From assembly GCF_000195755.1 (NCBI RefSeq), contig NC_002937.3, forward strand, positions 1,290,001 through 1,322,000: a stretch of 32,000 nt of DNA. The letters are read 5' to 3'. The translations under genes were made by a program, and so were the position numbers. The notes below the pieces were generated by a model that saw only the letters and a program-made list of their open reading frames with translations, searched no databases and was not told the origin of the DNA. The stretch's first letter is position 1. Every line of letters begins with the position of its first letter. The stretch comes from Nitratidesulfovibrio vulgaris str. Hildenborough. Its GTDB lineage: Bacteria; Desulfobacterota; Desulfovibrionia; Desulfovibrionales; Desulfovibrionaceae. Below are positions 1 to 10,278 of this stretch, one piece after another.

Positions 1-78
1 CGAGAAACCGAGCCCGTAGAGTATCTGGAAGGCAAGTGCCCGCGCGGCCCGGCGGGAAGGGGTGCCTTTGGTCGTCAT
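1..78 (-). CDS. nusB: Transcription antitermination factor NusB, first 26 codons only (gene runs off the left edge)
   Basis: Not in ORF track because there is no stop in the window. The reverse complement of 1-78 starts with ATG (78-76) and reads MTTKGTPSRRAARALAFQILYGLGFS, matching the NusB N-terminal RRxAR..A.Q.LY pattern. It begins 3 nt after the ribH stop, the conserved ribH-nusB order. Confidence 0.75.
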   Translation of the reverse strand, partial: MTTKGTPSRRAARALAFQILYGLGFS

Positions 79-81
79 GGT

Positions 82-552
82 CTACAGCTGCTCCATCACG
101 CGCACGGTCTCGAGCACTGCGGCGGCGGCTTCGGCACCCTTGTTGCCTGCCTTGCTGCCGGCGCGTTCGATGGCCTGCTCGATGTTGTCGGTGGTCAGCA
201 GGCCGAAGCCCAGCGGCACGCCGCTTTCGAGGCAGGCCTGTGCAAGGCCCTTCGAGGCTTCGTTGGACACGAAGTCGAAGTGGGGTGTGGCGCCGCGGAT
301 GACCGCGCCGAGCGCGATGATGCCGTCATACTTGCCGCTGTGGGCCAGCTTCTTGGCTACGAGGGGCATCTCGAAGGCACCGGGAATGCGGACGATGGTG
401 AGGTTCTCGCGGTCGCAACCGTGACGCTGGAGATAGTCACAGGCGCCGCCGATGAGACGGTCGACGATGAAGTCGTTGAAACGGGTGGCGACGATGGCGA
501 ACTTGAGGCCCTTGGCGTCGAGCTGGCCTTCGATGGTCTTGATGTGCAGCAT
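82..552 (-). CDS. ribH: 6,7-dimethyl-8-ribityllumazine synthase
   Basis: 156-aa [27 protein letters not shown] and [16 protein letters not shown] are typical lumazine synthase segments. A GGAG Shine-Dalgarno lies just upstream of ATG 552. Confidence 0.95.
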   Translation of the reverse strand: MLHIKTIEGQLDAKGLKFAIVATRFNDFIVDRLIGGACDYLQRHGCDRENLTIVRIPGAFEMPLVAKKLAHSGKYDGIIALGAVIRGATPHFDFVSNEASKGLAQACLESGVPLGFGLLTTDNIEQAIERAGSKAGNKGAEAAAAVLETVRVMEQL

Positions 553-683
553 GGTTGCTCCTTTTCCGGGCTGGCCGGCGGCTGATATATGCGCCCCTTG
601 CGGGGTTGCGGTCCTTCGGGCCGCGCTTCGGCCAATCTGGCCCGGCGCGGTGTGCAGACCCGTACGGGGCTGCGACGACGCCT

Positions 684-1913
684 CTAGGCGTCGCCTCCGT
701 TCTCGTGGTGCTTCAGTTCAAGCAGGTGGCCCATCTTCTCCTTCTTGGTGCGCAGGTACTCTTCATTGAAGGCGCACGACTCGAGTTCGATGGGCACACG
801 TTCGACGACTTCTATGCCGTAGCCTTCGAGGCCGACGATCTTCTTGGGGTTGTTGGTCATCATGCGCATCTTGCGCACCCCGAGGTCGACGAGAATCTGC
901 GCACCGATTCCATAGTCGCGCAGGTCGGCCTTGAAGCCAAGCTTGTGGTTGGCCTCAACGGTGTCGTACCCTTGGTCCTGAAGCCCGTAGGCCTTGATCT
1001 TGTTGCCGAGGCCGATGCCGCGTCCTTCCTGGCGCATGTACAGCAGCACGCCCGACCCCTTGGCCGCAATCTGGCACAGTGCCGCGGCGAGCTGGCCGCC
1101 GCAGTCGCAACGCAACGAACCCAGCACGTCACCGGTGAGGCATTCGCTGTGCACGCGCACGAGCACGGGCTCGCTGGGCGAGATGTCACCCTTGACGAGG
1201 GCGATGTGGGTCTCGTCGTGCAGTTCGTTCTCGTAGGCGATGATCTGGAAATCGCCGTAGCGGGTGGGCATCTTGGCTTCACCCACGCGCTTCACCGAAA
1301 GAAGGCCCGACTGCATCCGGTAGCGGATGAGGTCCTTGATGGTGGCGATCTTCATGTTGTGCTTTTCGGCGAACTCGATGAGGTCGGGCATCCGCGCCAT
1401 CTCGCCATCTTCGCGCATGATTTCGCAGATGACTGCGGCAGGCTTGAGATTGGCGAGCTTGGCGAGGTCGACGCTACCCTCGGTCTGTCCGGCACGGACC
1501 ATGACCCCACCCTTCTGGGCACGAAGGGGGAAGATGTGACCGGGCGTGACGATGTCTTCGGCCTTCACGTCGTCGGCGACGGCGGTCAGGATGGTCGTGG
1601 CACGGTCGGCGGCGGAGATGCCGGTGGTGACACCGCGGCGCGCCTCGATGGAAACAGTGAAGTTGGTGCCGAACTTGGACTCGTTGCGGCGGGCCATCAG
1701 GGGCAGCTGTAGCTTGTCCACCCACTCGGGGGAGAGGGCCAGGCAGATGAGGCCGCGCCCGTGGGTGGCCATGAAGTTGATGACCTCGGGCGTGACGTGC
1801 TGCGCGGCGATGGTAAGGTCGCCTTCGTTTTCGCGGTCCTCGTCGTCGACGAGGATGATCATCTCGCCCTTGCGGATGGCGTCGATGGCCTCTTCGGCCT
1901 TGCAGATGGACAT
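684..1913 (-). CDS. ribBA: Bifunctional 3,4-dihydroxy-2-butanone-4-phosphate synthase / GTP cyclohydrolase II
   Basis: 409 aa. The N-terminal DHBP synthase half has [14 protein letters not shown] and HGRGLICL. The C-terminal GTP cyclohydrolase II half has [20 protein letters not shown] and [13 protein letters not shown]. Confidence 0.95.
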   Translation of the reverse strand: MSICKAEEAIDAIRKGEMIILVDDEDRENEGDLTIAAQHVTPEVINFMATHGRGLICLALSPEWVDKLQLPLMARRNESKFGTNFTVSIEARRGVTTGISAADRATTILTAVADDVKAEDIVTPGHIFPLRAQKGGVMVRAGQTEGSVDLAKLANLKPAAVICEIMREDGEMARMPDLIEFAEKHNMKIATIKDLIRYRMQSGLLSVKRVGEAKMPTRYGDFQIIAYENELHDETHIALVKGDISPSEPVLVRVHSECLTGDVLGSLRCDCGGQLAAALCQIAAKGSGVLLYMRQEGRGIGLGNKIKAYGLQDQGYDTVEANHKLGFKADLRDYGIGAQILVDLGVRKMRMMTNNPKKIVGLEGYGIEVVERVPIELESCAFNEEYLRTKKEKMGHLLELKHHENGGDA

Positions 1914-1944
1914 GTGGTACCTCGCTTATGTGAAGGGAAAAGGG

Positions 1945-2607
1945 CTAGAAGCCGTTCTCCCGCAAGAAATCCAGCGTGATGCGTCCGGAGGGCGCGTCCT
2001 CTCCCGTATGGGGGGTGTTCCACGGCGCGAGCATGTTCTGGACGTATTTGCCGATGACGTCGGTCTCCATGTTCACGCGGGTTCCCGGCTTCCAAGAGGC
2101 GATGGTCGTCACACCCTGCGTTTCGGGGATGACGTTGACCTCCAGAAAATCCGGCCCGCAATGATTAACCGTCAGGCTGATACCGTCAAGGGCTACAGAG
2201 CCTTTGGGGATGACCTGCGGCCCGAATGCGGAAGGAAAACCGAGGCGATAGACCTTCGACAGCCCCGCCTGCGTGATGGAACGCACCTCGGCCACGCAGT
2301 CGACGTGACCGCTGACGATGTGCCCGCCCAGACGGTCACCCACGGCGAGTGCCCGTTCGAGGTTCACACGCGCACCCTGACGCAGGTCGCCGAGGTTGGT
2401 GCGCTGCATGGTCTCTGACGAGGCGTAGGCGGTGAACCAGCGGTCGCCGTATGTTTCCACGGTCAGGCATGTGCCGTTGGTGGCGATGCTCTCGCCTTTG
2501 ACGATGGCGTCAAGGGCGAACAGTGCGCGCAGACGCAGGCGGGTCTCTCCGCCCATCGGTTCCACGGCGACCACTTCGCCCTGTCCCTGTATGATGCCGG
2601 TGAACAT
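1945..2607 (-). CDS. ribE: Riboflavin synthase (alpha chain)
   Basis: 220 aa. MFTGIIQGQGEV start and two internal lumazine-binding repeats (GESIATNGTCLTV and GSVALDGISLTV). Confidence 0.93.
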   Translation of the reverse strand: MFTGIIQGQGEVVAVEPMGGETRLRLRALFALDAIVKGESIATNGTCLTVETYGDRWFTAYASSETMQRTNLGDLRQGARVNLERALAVGDRLGGHIVSGHVDCVAEVRSITQAGLSKVYRLGFPSAFGPQVIPKGSVALDGISLTVNHCGPDFLEVNVIPETQGVTTIASWKPGTRVNMETDVIGKYVQNMLAPWNTPHTGEDAPSGRITLDFLRENGF

Positions 2608-2612
2608 GTTCG

Positions 2613-3746
2613 CTATCCTTTGCCGGGGCGCAGAATCATGATGCAGTCGTCGCCACGGCGTTCGATGCCGGTCATGCGGAGGCGCAACGCCTCGTCCATG
2701 TGCAGGGGGGCCCTGCCGTCGAACAGAAGTGCGGCCTCGGCATCGCCGATGATCTTGGGGGCCATGTGCAGATGGAATTCGCCGACGAGACCCGCCTCAA
2801 GGAGTGAGAGCGCCAGTTTGCCGCCGCCTTCGCACAGGACGTGTTCAACGCCGTGGTCGGCGCGCAGGCGTGTCAGACCGGCCCGGAGGTCGAGCCTGCC
2901 GGACGGGGTGAGCGGCAATGCCATGATGCAGACGCCGGAAGTGCGAAGCGCGTCGGCAGCTTCGGTTCCGGCACCGGTGGAGTCGGTCCACACGACGCAT
3001 TGTCCGGGACGTTCACGGAAGATACGTGGCAGGGCGTCATGGTGCGGGACGTGCCTCGTCGCCACCACCGCCATGGGTTGGCGGCGGGGCAGGGGGGCGA
3101 CCCGTGCGGTGAGCTGCGGGTCGTCGGTGTAGAGCGTTGTGCCGCCCACCAGTACCGCTCCGCCCGCCTCGCCTATGCGTGCGCGAAGCTCATGTACGGC
3201 GGCACGGGCCTCTGCGCCGCTGATCCACTGCGAGTGTCCGCTACGTGTGGCGATGCGTCCATCAAGGGTGCTGGCGAGTTTGAGGATGACGTAGGGCAGG
3301 TCGGTGAGCTTCCACGTGAGAAAATCGGCCACGAGGTCGTGGCATTCCTGCTCGCAGACGCCCATGTCCACCGTGACACCGTGGGCGCGCAGGTACTCGG
3401 CACCGCCACTAGCTACGGGATTCGGGTCGGCGAGTCCCACCACCACACGGGTGATGCCCGCCTCGACGATGGCGTGGGAACAGGGCGGCGTCTTGCCGTG
3501 ATGGTTGCACGGTTCCAGCGTGACGACCAGAGTGCAGTGTGCGGGGTCGACTCCTTTCGACGCGGCGTCACGCAGGCATTCCACCTCGGCATGGGGTTTC
3601 CCGTAGCCTGTGTGCCAGCCGCGTGCGGCGACTTCGCCGTCACGCACCAGCACCGCCCCCACGGTGGGGTTGGGGGCCGCGTACCAGCGTCCGCGTTCGG
3701 CGAGGGCGATGGCCTCGCGCATGAAAGGGGTGAAATCGGGGCCCAT
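2613..3746 (-). CDS. ribD: Bifunctional diaminohydroxyphosphoribosylaminopyrimidine deaminase / 5-amino-6-(5-phosphoribosylamino)uracil reductase
   Basis: 377 aa. Zinc deaminase motifs HAEVECL and PCNHHGKTPPC are followed by a reductase half (KLASTLDGRIA, CEGGGKL). Confidence 0.93.
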   Translation of the reverse strand: MGPDFTPFMREAIALAERGRWYAAPNPTVGAVLVRDGEVAARGWHTGYGKPHAEVECLRDAASKGVDPAHCTLVVTLEPCNHHGKTPPCSHAIVEAGITRVVVGLADPNPVASGGAEYLRAHGVTVDMGVCEQECHDLVADFLTWKLTDLPYVILKLASTLDGRIATRSGHSQWISGAEARAAVHELRARIGEAGGAVLVGGTTLYTDDPQLTARVAPLPRRQPMAVVATRHVPHHDALPRIFRERPGQCVVWTDSTGAGTEAADALRTSGVCIMALPLTPSGRLDLRAGLTRLRADHGVEHVLCEGGGKLALSLLEAGLVGEFHLHMAPKIIGDAEAALLFDGRAPLHMDEALRLRMTGIERRGDDCIMILRPGKG

Positions 3747-3748
3747 GC

Positions 3749-4279
3749 CTAGCCTTCTCCGTTGCCGCAGCCGCAGGCAACGCCGTCGCAGCCGCAGGGG
3801 CCAGATATCCTTGCGGAAGATGCAGGCGCAGGCTTGAAGTCCATCACCGCATACGACACACCGGCCTCGCGCAGCATGGCTTCGGCAAGGCTGTCAGGGT
3901 AGGACTCGGTGTAGTAGACGGCACGTACTCCGCAGTTGATCAGCATCTTGGTGCAGATGAGGCAGGGCTGTGTGGTGCAGTAGATTTCGGAACCCGTCAG
4001 CGAGACGCCGTGGATGGCCGCCTGTATGATGACGTTCTGTTCGGCATGCAGGCCGCGGCATATCTCGTGACGCTGTCCGGAGGGGACGCCCAGTTGCTCG
4101 CGCAGGCATCCCACCTCGAGGCAGTGAGCCACATTGGACGGGGCGCCGTTGTAGCCCGTGGCGAGGATGCGCTTGTCCTTGACGGCAATGGCCCCGACCT
4201 TGCGACGGGTGCAGGTCGAGCGCTCCGCCACGAGATAGGTTATCTGCATGAAATAGTCGGGCCAGGGCATACGGGACAT
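3749..4279 (-). CDS. dCMP (deoxycytidylate) deaminase family protein with a Cys/Gly-rich C-terminal tail
   Basis: CMP/dCMP deaminase zinc motifs HAEQNVI and [10 protein letters not shown] chose the ATG at 4279 ([10 protein letters not shown]...) because GGAGG lies about 6 nt upstream. The track start at 4351 would overlap the glyA stop. The stop lies 2 nt from the ribD start. Confidence 0.85.
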   Translation of the reverse strand: MSRMPWPDYFMQITYLVAERSTCTRRKVGAIAVKDKRILATGYNGAPSNVAHCLEVGCLREQLGVPSGQRHEICRGLHAEQNVIIQAAIHGVSLTGSEIYCTTQPCLICTKMLINCGVRAVYYTESYPDSLAEAMLREAGVSYAVMDFKPAPASSARISGPCGCDGVACGCGNGEG

Positions 4280-4310
4280 GGGGCCTCCGGGCGTCGGACT
4301 TGAAGGCGTA

Positions 4311-4335
4311 GCGGGGCGGCCAAAGGCCGCCCCGC
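4311..4335 (-). other. GC-rich hairpin (11-bp stem, 3-nt loop) downstream of glyA stop
   Basis: GCGGGGCGGCC AAA GGCCGCCCCGC is a perfect inverted repeat 10 nt after the glyA stop. No U-tract follows on the minus strand, so it is more likely a stabiliser or attenuator than a full terminator. Confidence 0.4.
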
Positions 4336-4344
4336 ATGCCGTTG

Positions 4345-5583
4345 CTACCATGCGAACAGGGGGAACTGCCGTGCGAAGCGTTCCACTTCGCGGCTGATCT
4401 CCGCCAGTCGGGTCTCATTGGTGGTGTTGGCGATGGCGTCCACGATCCATCCGCCCACCTTCTCCATCTCGGCGGCCTTCATGCCGCGGGTGGTGAGGGC
4501 CGGGGTGCCGAGACGCACACCGGAGGTCACGAAGGGCGAACGGGTCTCGAACGGGACGGTGTTCTTGTTGACGGTGATGCCCGCCTTGTCGAGGGCTATC
4601 TCGGCGTCCTTGCCGGTGACGTCCTTGCTGGTGAGGTCGACCAGCATCAGGTGGTTGTCGGTACCGCCCGAAACGAGATCGAACCCGGCGGCGGTGAGCA
4701 CACCGGCAAGGGCGGCGGCGTTGTCCACCACCTGCTTCTGGTACTCCTTGAACGCGGGGCGCAGTGCCTCGCCGAAGGCCACGGCCTTGGCGGCGATGAC
4801 ATGCATGAGCGGGCCGCCCTGAATGCCGGGGAATATCTGGCTGTTCAGCGTCTTGCCGTTGTCCTCGGTGGAGAGGATCATGCCACCGCGCGGGCCGCGG
4901 AGCGTCTTGTGCGTGGTGGTCGTGGTGTAGTGGGCGTGCTGCACGGGGCTGGGGTGGTAGCCAGCGGCGACCAGACCTGCGATGTGGGCCATGTCGACCA
5001 TGAGCTTCGCGCCCACTTCATCTGCGATGGCGCGGAAACGGGCGAAGTCGATGGTGCGGGGGTAGGCGCTAGCACCGGCGACGATGAGGGAGGGCTTGTG
5101 CTCGCGTGCGAGTGCGGCCACCTGCTCGTAGTCTATGCGGCCAGTCTCCTTCTCGACACCGTAGAACACCACGTTGAAGAGACGACCGGAAAAGTTGACG
5201 GGGCTGCCGTGCGTCAGGTGACCGCCGTGCGAGAGATTCATGCCGAGGATGGTGTCGCCGGGCTTGAGGCACGCGAAATAGACACCCATGTTGGCCTGAC
5301 TGCCCGAATGGGGCTGCACGTTGGCGTATTCGCAGCCGAAGATGGTGCGGGCGCGTTCGATGGCGATGTTCTCGGCGATGTCGACGAACTCGCATCCGCC
5401 GTAGTAGCGCTTGCCGGGGTAGCCTTCGGCGTACTTGTGGGTGAGGACGCTGCCCTGAGCCTGCCGGACGGCGGCGGAGACGAAGTTCTCCGACGCGATG
5501 AGCTCAAGCTTGCCGGTCTGACGTTCGATTTCGAGAATGATGGCCTTGCCGACCTCGGGGTCCTGAAGCAGCAACTCGTCCAT
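4345..5583 (-). CDS. glyA: Serine hydroxymethyltransferase
   Basis: 412 aa from the internal ATG at 5583 ([15 protein letters not shown]...). LIASENF and the PLP-lysine segment [14 protein letters not shown] are present. The 43 extra N-terminal codons in the track ORF are Arg/Ala-rich non-homologous sequence. Confidence 0.95.
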
Positions 5584-5610
5584 GTGTGCGCCCTCCGCAG
5601 TAAGGGTTGT

Positions 5611-5634
5611 GGCCGCACGGCAAGCCGTGCGGCC
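5611..5634 (-). other. GC hairpin (10-bp stem, CAAG loop on plus strand) between fabF and glyA
   Basis: GGCCGCACGG CAAG CCGTGCGGCC lies 8 nt after the fabF stop. No clear U-tract. Confidence 0.35.
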
Positions 5635-5641
5635 TTGTACT

Positions 5642-6889
5642 CTAGTCTTCGTACCGTTTGAACAGAAGGCTGGCGTTGGTGCCGCCGAAGCCGAACGAGT
5701 TGCACAGCGCATAGTGGGCCTGCATCTCCTTCGAACCTTCCGTCATGTAGTTCAGGTCGCACTCGGGGTCCGGCGTCTCATGGTTGATGGTGCCGGGAAT
5801 GATGCCCCTGTGCAGGGTGAGCACGGTGAACACGCTTTCCAAACCGCCTGCTGCGCCCAGCAGATGGCCCGTCATCGACTTGTTGGCCGTGATGGCGATG
5901 TTGTAGGCGTGCTGACCGAAGACCTGCTTGATGGCGCGGGTTTCGCACAGGTCGTTGAGGTGGGTCGAGGTGGCGTGGGCGTTGATGTGGTCGACGGCTT
6001 CCACAGGTATGCCCGCTTCCCTCACGGCATTGCGCATCGCGAGCGCCATGCCATCCCCTGATTCGTGGGGGGCGGTCATGTGGTAGGCGTCACCCGACGC
6101 ACCGAAGCCGACGACCTCGGCGTAGATGGTCGCACCGCGCGCCAGGGCCGAATCGAGCGATTCGAGCATCAGCATGCCGCTTCCCTCGCCGAGGACGAAG
6201 CCGTCACGTTCCTTGTCGAAGGGGCGTGACGCCTTCTCGGGCGAGTCGTTGTGCGCGGTGGAGAGTGCCTTCAGGGCGGTGAAGCCCGAGACACCCATGG
6301 GGGTGATGGTCGATTCGACGCCGCCGGTGATGGCTGCGTCGATACGTCCCAGCTTGATCTCGCTGAAGGCGTAGCCGATGGCATGGGTGGCAGACGCGCA
6401 TGCGCTCGTCATGACCACGTTGGGGCCTCTGGCTCCTGTGAATATCGAAACCTGCCCCGGTGCCATGTTGGAGATGAGCATGGGGATCATGAACGGCGAG
6501 ACCTTGTTGGGGCCTGCCTCCATGAGTTTGGTGTGGAAGACCTCGATGGTCTCGAGACCACCAAGCCCCACGCCCAGAAGCACGCCCACGCGGTCGGCGT
6601 TGCTCTCGTCGATGACGAGGCCGGAATGCTCTACGAGCATCTTGCCGGTGGCAACGGCGAACTGGACGAAGCGGTCCATGCGTCGTGCCTGCTTGGCGGG
6701 CATGAACTTCTCAGGATCGAAATCCTTCACTTCGCCTGCGATACGCGAGGCGTATTCTGTGGCGTCGAAGCGGGTGATGGGCCCGATGCCGGACTTGCCG
6801 GCAACAAGGTTATCCCAGCTGGTTTCGATGTCATTTCCAAGGGGGGTGAGGGCTGCAAGGCCCGTCACCACAACGCGCTTTCCGGTCAT
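5642..6889 (-). CDS. fabF: 3-oxoacyl-ACP synthase II
   Basis: 415 aa from ATG 6889 ([19 protein letters not shown]). Active-site Cys context [25 protein letters not shown] and the [13 protein letters not shown] tail are present. Confidence 0.95.
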
Positions 6890-7016
6890 TCGGATGATCC
6901 TCTCGGCGTTTCGGACGCATCGGCCCCGCCTGCCCGTTTGAGCGAAAGAACAGCAGTTCCGGTGTGTTGGCACCGGCGGGGTCGGTCGCCGATCGTCCCT
7001 GAGAAAAATGCGCAAG

Positions 7017-7043
7017 AGCGTCTTATGACACCGTCATAAGACG
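7017..7043 (-). terminator. Perfect 12-bp hairpin downstream of acpP (putative partial terminator or processing site)
   Basis: GCGTCTTATGAC ACC GTCATAAGACGC lies 34 nt after the acpP stop. On the minus strand it is followed by TCTTGCGCATTTTTCTC (moderately U-rich). It sits in the 187-nt acpP-fabF spacer. Confidence 0.5.
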
Positions 7044-7076
7044 CCCGTGCTCAGTGTCGCATAGAAGAAGACAAGA

Positions 7077-7307
7077 CTACTGCTTGTTGCTGACGTAGTC
7101 GATGGCGTCTTTGACCTTGAGAATCTTCTGGGCGTCGTCGTCATCGATTTCAACGCCGAATTCCTCTTCCATGGCCATGATCAGTTCAGTCAGGTCGAGG
7201 GAGTCTGCGCCGAGGTCTTCAACGAAAGAGGCTTCGGGCTTGACTTCCTCGGCGGACACGCCGAGCTGGTCCATGATGATCTTCTTGACTTTTTCTTCAA
7301 CGGACAT
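7077..7307 (-). CDS. acpP: Acyl carrier protein
   Basis: 76 aa from ATG 7307 ([11 protein letters not shown]...), with GGAGGGA upstream. The phosphopantetheine attachment motif is [11 protein letters not shown]. Confidence 0.95.
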   Translation of the reverse strand: MSVEEKVKKIIMDQLGVSAEEVKPEASFVEDLGADSLDLTELIMAMEEEFGVEIDDDDAQKILKVKDAIDYVSNKQ

Positions 7308-7363
7308 GGGTCCCTCCAATGCGGTGTTTTCGGTTGTTCAGTCTGTAAGGCAGGCGCGTGTCA

Positions 7364-8107
7364 TCAGCAGTACATGCCGCCGTTGACGGCGAGAACCTGT
7401 CCGGTGATGTACGATGCCCTTTCCGAGGCCAGAAAGGCCACTGCGTCCGCGATGTCCTGGGCGGAACCCAGACGACGCAGCGGGATGGCCTCGACATATG
7501 CTTTGCGAACCTCTTCAGGGAGGCCCGCCGTCATATCCGTTTCGATGAAGCCGGGGGCCACGGCGTTGACCGTGACGTTGCGGGCGGCAAGTTCCTTCGC
7601 GGCCGACTTGGTGAGCCCGATGAGACCGGCTTTTGCCGCGCAGTAGTTGGCCTGCCCGGCGTTGCCCATCTGCCCGACGACAGAGGTGATGTTGATGATA
7701 CGCCCGAGACGCTGGCGGGTCATCAGTTTCGATGCCTCGCGCAGGCAGGTGAAGGCGCCGCACAGGTTCACGTCGAGAACCCGTTCGAAATCCTCGTCCT
7801 TCATGCGCATGATGAGGCCGTCCTTGGTGATGCCCGCGTTGTTGACCAGCACGTCGAGGCGCACCTTGTCCTTGATTTCGGACTGGAAGAAGGCGGCAAC
7901 GGCGGCGGCGTCGGAGACGTCGAGTCGGAAGGCAGTGGCGCTTCCGCCTGCGTCGCGGATGCCTGCGGCGACGGCCTCGGCCTCATCAGGCTTGCTCACG
8001 TAGGTCAGGAACACCTGAAGACCGGCACGGGCCAGCGTTTCGGCAACGGCCTTGCCGATGCCACGCGACCCGCCGGTGACGATGGCGGTGGGGGTAAGTT
8101 CGCTCAT
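7364..8107 (-). CDS. fabG: 3-oxoacyl-ACP reductase
   Basis: 247 aa from ATG 8107 (MSELTPTAIVTGGSRGIGKA). SDR motifs TGGSRGIG, NNAG and YCAAKAG (Y-x3-K) are present. Confidence 0.93.
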   Translation of the reverse strand: MSELTPTAIVTGGSRGIGKAVAETLARAGLQVFLTYVSKPDEAEAVAAGIRDAGGSATAFRLDVSDAAAVAAFFQSEIKDKVRLDVLVNNAGITKDGLIMRMKDEDFERVLDVNLCGAFTCLREASKLMTRQRLGRIINITSVVGQMGNAGQANYCAAKAGLIGLTKSAAKELAARNVTVNAVAPGFIETDMTAGLPEEVRKAYVEAIPLRRLGSAQDIADAVAFLASERASYITGQVLAVNGGMYC

Positions 8108-8191
8108 CACAAACCTTGCATTCTGCGGTTTGACGAAAGGCATCGCCTTATACCTCAAAGGCGTGCCGACTTCAATTGCCGAAGAGGGCCT

Positions 8192-9184
8192 CTAGAAACG
8201 CAGCAATGCCGCGCCCCATGTGAAGCCGCCACCGAAGGTCGTCAGAAGCACCCTCATGCCGGGGCGGATGCGCCCCTGCGCGCGGGCGTCGGCAAGTGCC
8301 AGCGGAATGGATGCCGCGCTGGTGTTGCCGAAGTCATGGACGTTGACGAAGACCTTTTCGGACGCGAAGCCGAGACGGTCGCCCACGGCTTCGATGATGC
8401 GAAGGTTGGCCTGATGCGGAATGACGAGGTCGACGTCTTCGGTCGTGAAGCCGTTGCGGGCAAGCAGGTCGTTGCAGACCTGCGTCATGCTGCGTACGGC
8501 GTGCTTGAACACGTCGCGGCCCTGCATCCGCACGAAGTACTCCTCGCCGACGCTGTCGCCGATGGCATAGGGGTTGGCTGTGCCGCCGCCGATGGTCAGC
8601 AGGTCGCCCAACGAACCGTCGGAGGTGACGATGCTGTCTTCAAGCACGGCAGTGCCCTGTGTCGCGTCAACATCAGCCGTGACCACGGTCGCACCTGCCC
8701 CGTCGCCGAAAAGGACGCAGGTCGTGCGGTCCTTCCAGTTGCAGCGCAGGGACAGGGCTTCGGCAGCCACGAGAAGCACCCGGGATGCGGGGCGTGCGGC
8801 CACGATGCCCTGTGCCAGTTCGAGTCCGTACAGGAAGCCCGAACACGCGGCGTTGCAGTCCAGCGCCATCACCCCCGTCATACCCAGCTTGCGGGCGACG
8901 ATGCAGGCGGTGTTGGGGCAGGATGCGTCGGGGGTGCAGGTGGCCACGAGGACATGGGTTATGTCTGCGGTGTCCAGTGCCGCGTCGGCAAGGGCTGCGC
9001 GGGCGGCTTCAACGGCGAGGTCGGACGTGGTCTGTCCGGGGGCCACCACATGCCGCTGGCGGATACCCGTCCGGGTGGTGATCCACTCGTCGGTGGTCTC
9101 GACCATGGACTCGATGTCGGCGTTGGTGAGGATGCGTTCGGGAGCATAAGCCCCAAAGCCCCTCAATAGGCTCGGTGAGGTCAT
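8192..9184 (-). CDS. fabH: 3-oxoacyl-ACP synthase III
   Basis: 330 aa from ATG 9184 (MTSPSLLRGFGAYAPERILTN). Catalytic Cys context NAACSGFLYGL, HQANLRI and GNTSAASIP are present. The track ORF carries a 139-codon spurious N-terminal extension. Confidence 0.93.
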   Translation of the reverse strand: MTSPSLLRGFGAYAPERILTNADIESMVETTDEWITTRTGIRQRHVVAPGQTTSDLAVEAARAALADAALDTADITHVLVATCTPDASCPNTACIVARKLGMTGVMALDCNAACSGFLYGLELAQGIVAARPASRVLLVAAEALSLRCNWKDRTTCVLFGDGAGATVVTADVDATQGTAVLEDSIVTSDGSLGDLLTIGGGTANPYAIGDSVGEEYFVRMQGRDVFKHAVRSMTQVCNDLLARNGFTTEDVDLVIPHQANLRIIEAVGDRLGFASEKVFVNVHDFGNTSAASIPLALADARAQGRIRPGMRVLLTTFGGGFTWGAALLRF

Positions 9185-9240
9185 GTCGCTTGTTCCGGAA
9201 GATGGGGGACGGTCGGTGTTTCCGTCCTGTGATGGGGGGG

Positions 9241-10278
9241 TTACTGCCTGACGGCCTTGCCGTAGCGGGTCAGTTCCTCGTTGGCGCAGATGGCTTGCAC
9301 GACGCGTTCGTTGGTCTTCTTCTCGACGAAGGTCGCAGCCATGTTGACGGCACTCTTTATGGCCTTGGCGTTGGACTTGCCATGACAGACGATGGCGATG
9401 CTCTGAAGGCCAAGAAGCGGAGCGCCGCCGTATTCGGCATAGTCTACCACGCGGGCGAAACGCTTGAAGGCCGAACGGGCCAGCAGCGTGCCGAGCTTGG
9501 GCAGAAAGCCGGAAAGCAGTTCGCGCTTGAGTACGCGGCTCATGGACGAGCTGAGCCCCTCGCTCAACTTGAGTGCCACGTTGCCCACGAAACCGTCGCA
9601 AACCACGACGTCGACTTCACCGGTGAAGAGGTCCCTCCCCTCTACGTTGCCGACGAAGTTGATGTTCTGGGCCAGCTTGAAGAGTTCGTACGCTTCCTTG
9701 ACCAGCGTGTTGCCCTTGCCCTCCTCCTCTCCGATGCTGAGAAGGCCGATGCGCGGCGTCTCGTAGCCCAGAAGGTCGCGGGCGAAGGCGTTGGCCATGA
9801 GGCCGAACTGGAAAAGGTGGTGGGGTTTGCAGTCCACGTTGGCTCCCACGTCGAGGAGTACGATGGGCTGCTTTTCGGTGGGCATGACAGAGGCGAGGGC
9901 AGGGCGTTCGACACCCGGCACGCGACCCATGATGAACATGCCGCAGGCGACGGAAGCACCGGAATGACCGGCGCTGACGATGCCGTGGGCGTGACCGTCG
10001 CGAACGAGACGGCAGACGACCTGTATGGAGGCGTCCTTCTTGCGGCGGAGAATGTCGGAGGGTTTTTCGTCCATTCCGGCGACTTCGCTGGCATGGACGA
10101 CTTCCACTTCGACACCGTCGAGGGGAATCCTTGCGAGTTCCTCTTCGACCTTTTGCCTGTCTCCGACGAGCAGGACCTTGAGCCCGCGTTCCCGGGCCGC
10201 GTCAACGGCACCGGGAACAACCACGGAGGGGCCGAAATCCCCCCCCATGGCGTCCACGGCGATGATGGTGCTATTCAT
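9241..10278 (-). CDS. plsX: Phosphate acyltransferase PlsX
   Basis: 345 aa. IAVDAMGGDFGP start and the conserved yceD-rpmF-plsX-fabH order. Confidence 0.93.
   Translation of the reverse strand: MNSTIIAVDAMGGDFGPSVVVPGAVDAARERGLKVLLVGDRQKVEEELARIPLDGVEVEVVHASEVAGMDEKPSDILRRKKDASIQVVCRLVRDGHAHGIVSAGHSGASVACGMFIMGRVPGVERPALASVMPTEKQPIVLLDVGANVDCKPHHLFQFGLMANAFARDLLGYETPRIGLLSIGEEEGKGNTLVKEAYELFKLAQNINFVGNVEGRDLFTGEVDVVVCDGFVGNVALKLSEGLSSSMSRVLKRELLSGFLPKLGTLLARSAFKRFARVVDYAEYGGAPLLGLQSIAIVCHGKSNAKAIKSAVNMAATFVEKKTNERVVQAICANEELTRYGKAVRQ

Noticed and set aside
553-683. FMN (RFN) riboswitch in the ribBA-ribH spacer or elsewhere near the rib genes.
   Set aside because: No conserved RFN core sequence is visible on the minus strand. 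The spacer contains only short GC hairpins, including an imperfect one right after the ribBA stop.
555-1712. Long ORFs antisense to real genes. Examples: 555..1712 +, 4336..5661 +, 7358..9169 +, 9175..11241 +, 13673..15865 +, 17205..18881 -, 19760..20692 +, 26177..26845 - and 28859..29839 -.
   Set aside because: Each lies opposite a gene with clear family motifs. Translations are Gly/Arg/Ala/His/Asp-rich low-complexity strings with no recognisable domain. Such shadow ORFs are expected in GC-rich DNA because stop codons are rare.
4345-9601. N-terminal extensions in the track ORFs for glyA (5712), fabF (7015), acpP (7319), fabG (8158), fabH (9601), dCMP deaminase (4351), ycaO (25216), nfo (25592), amtB (28547), rpmB (11138) and the GT39 gene (16069).
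   Set aside because: In each case an internal ATG preceded by a GGAG-type SD coincides with the start of family homology. The extension is non-homologous, often overlaps the upstream gene, and is Arg/Pro-rich.
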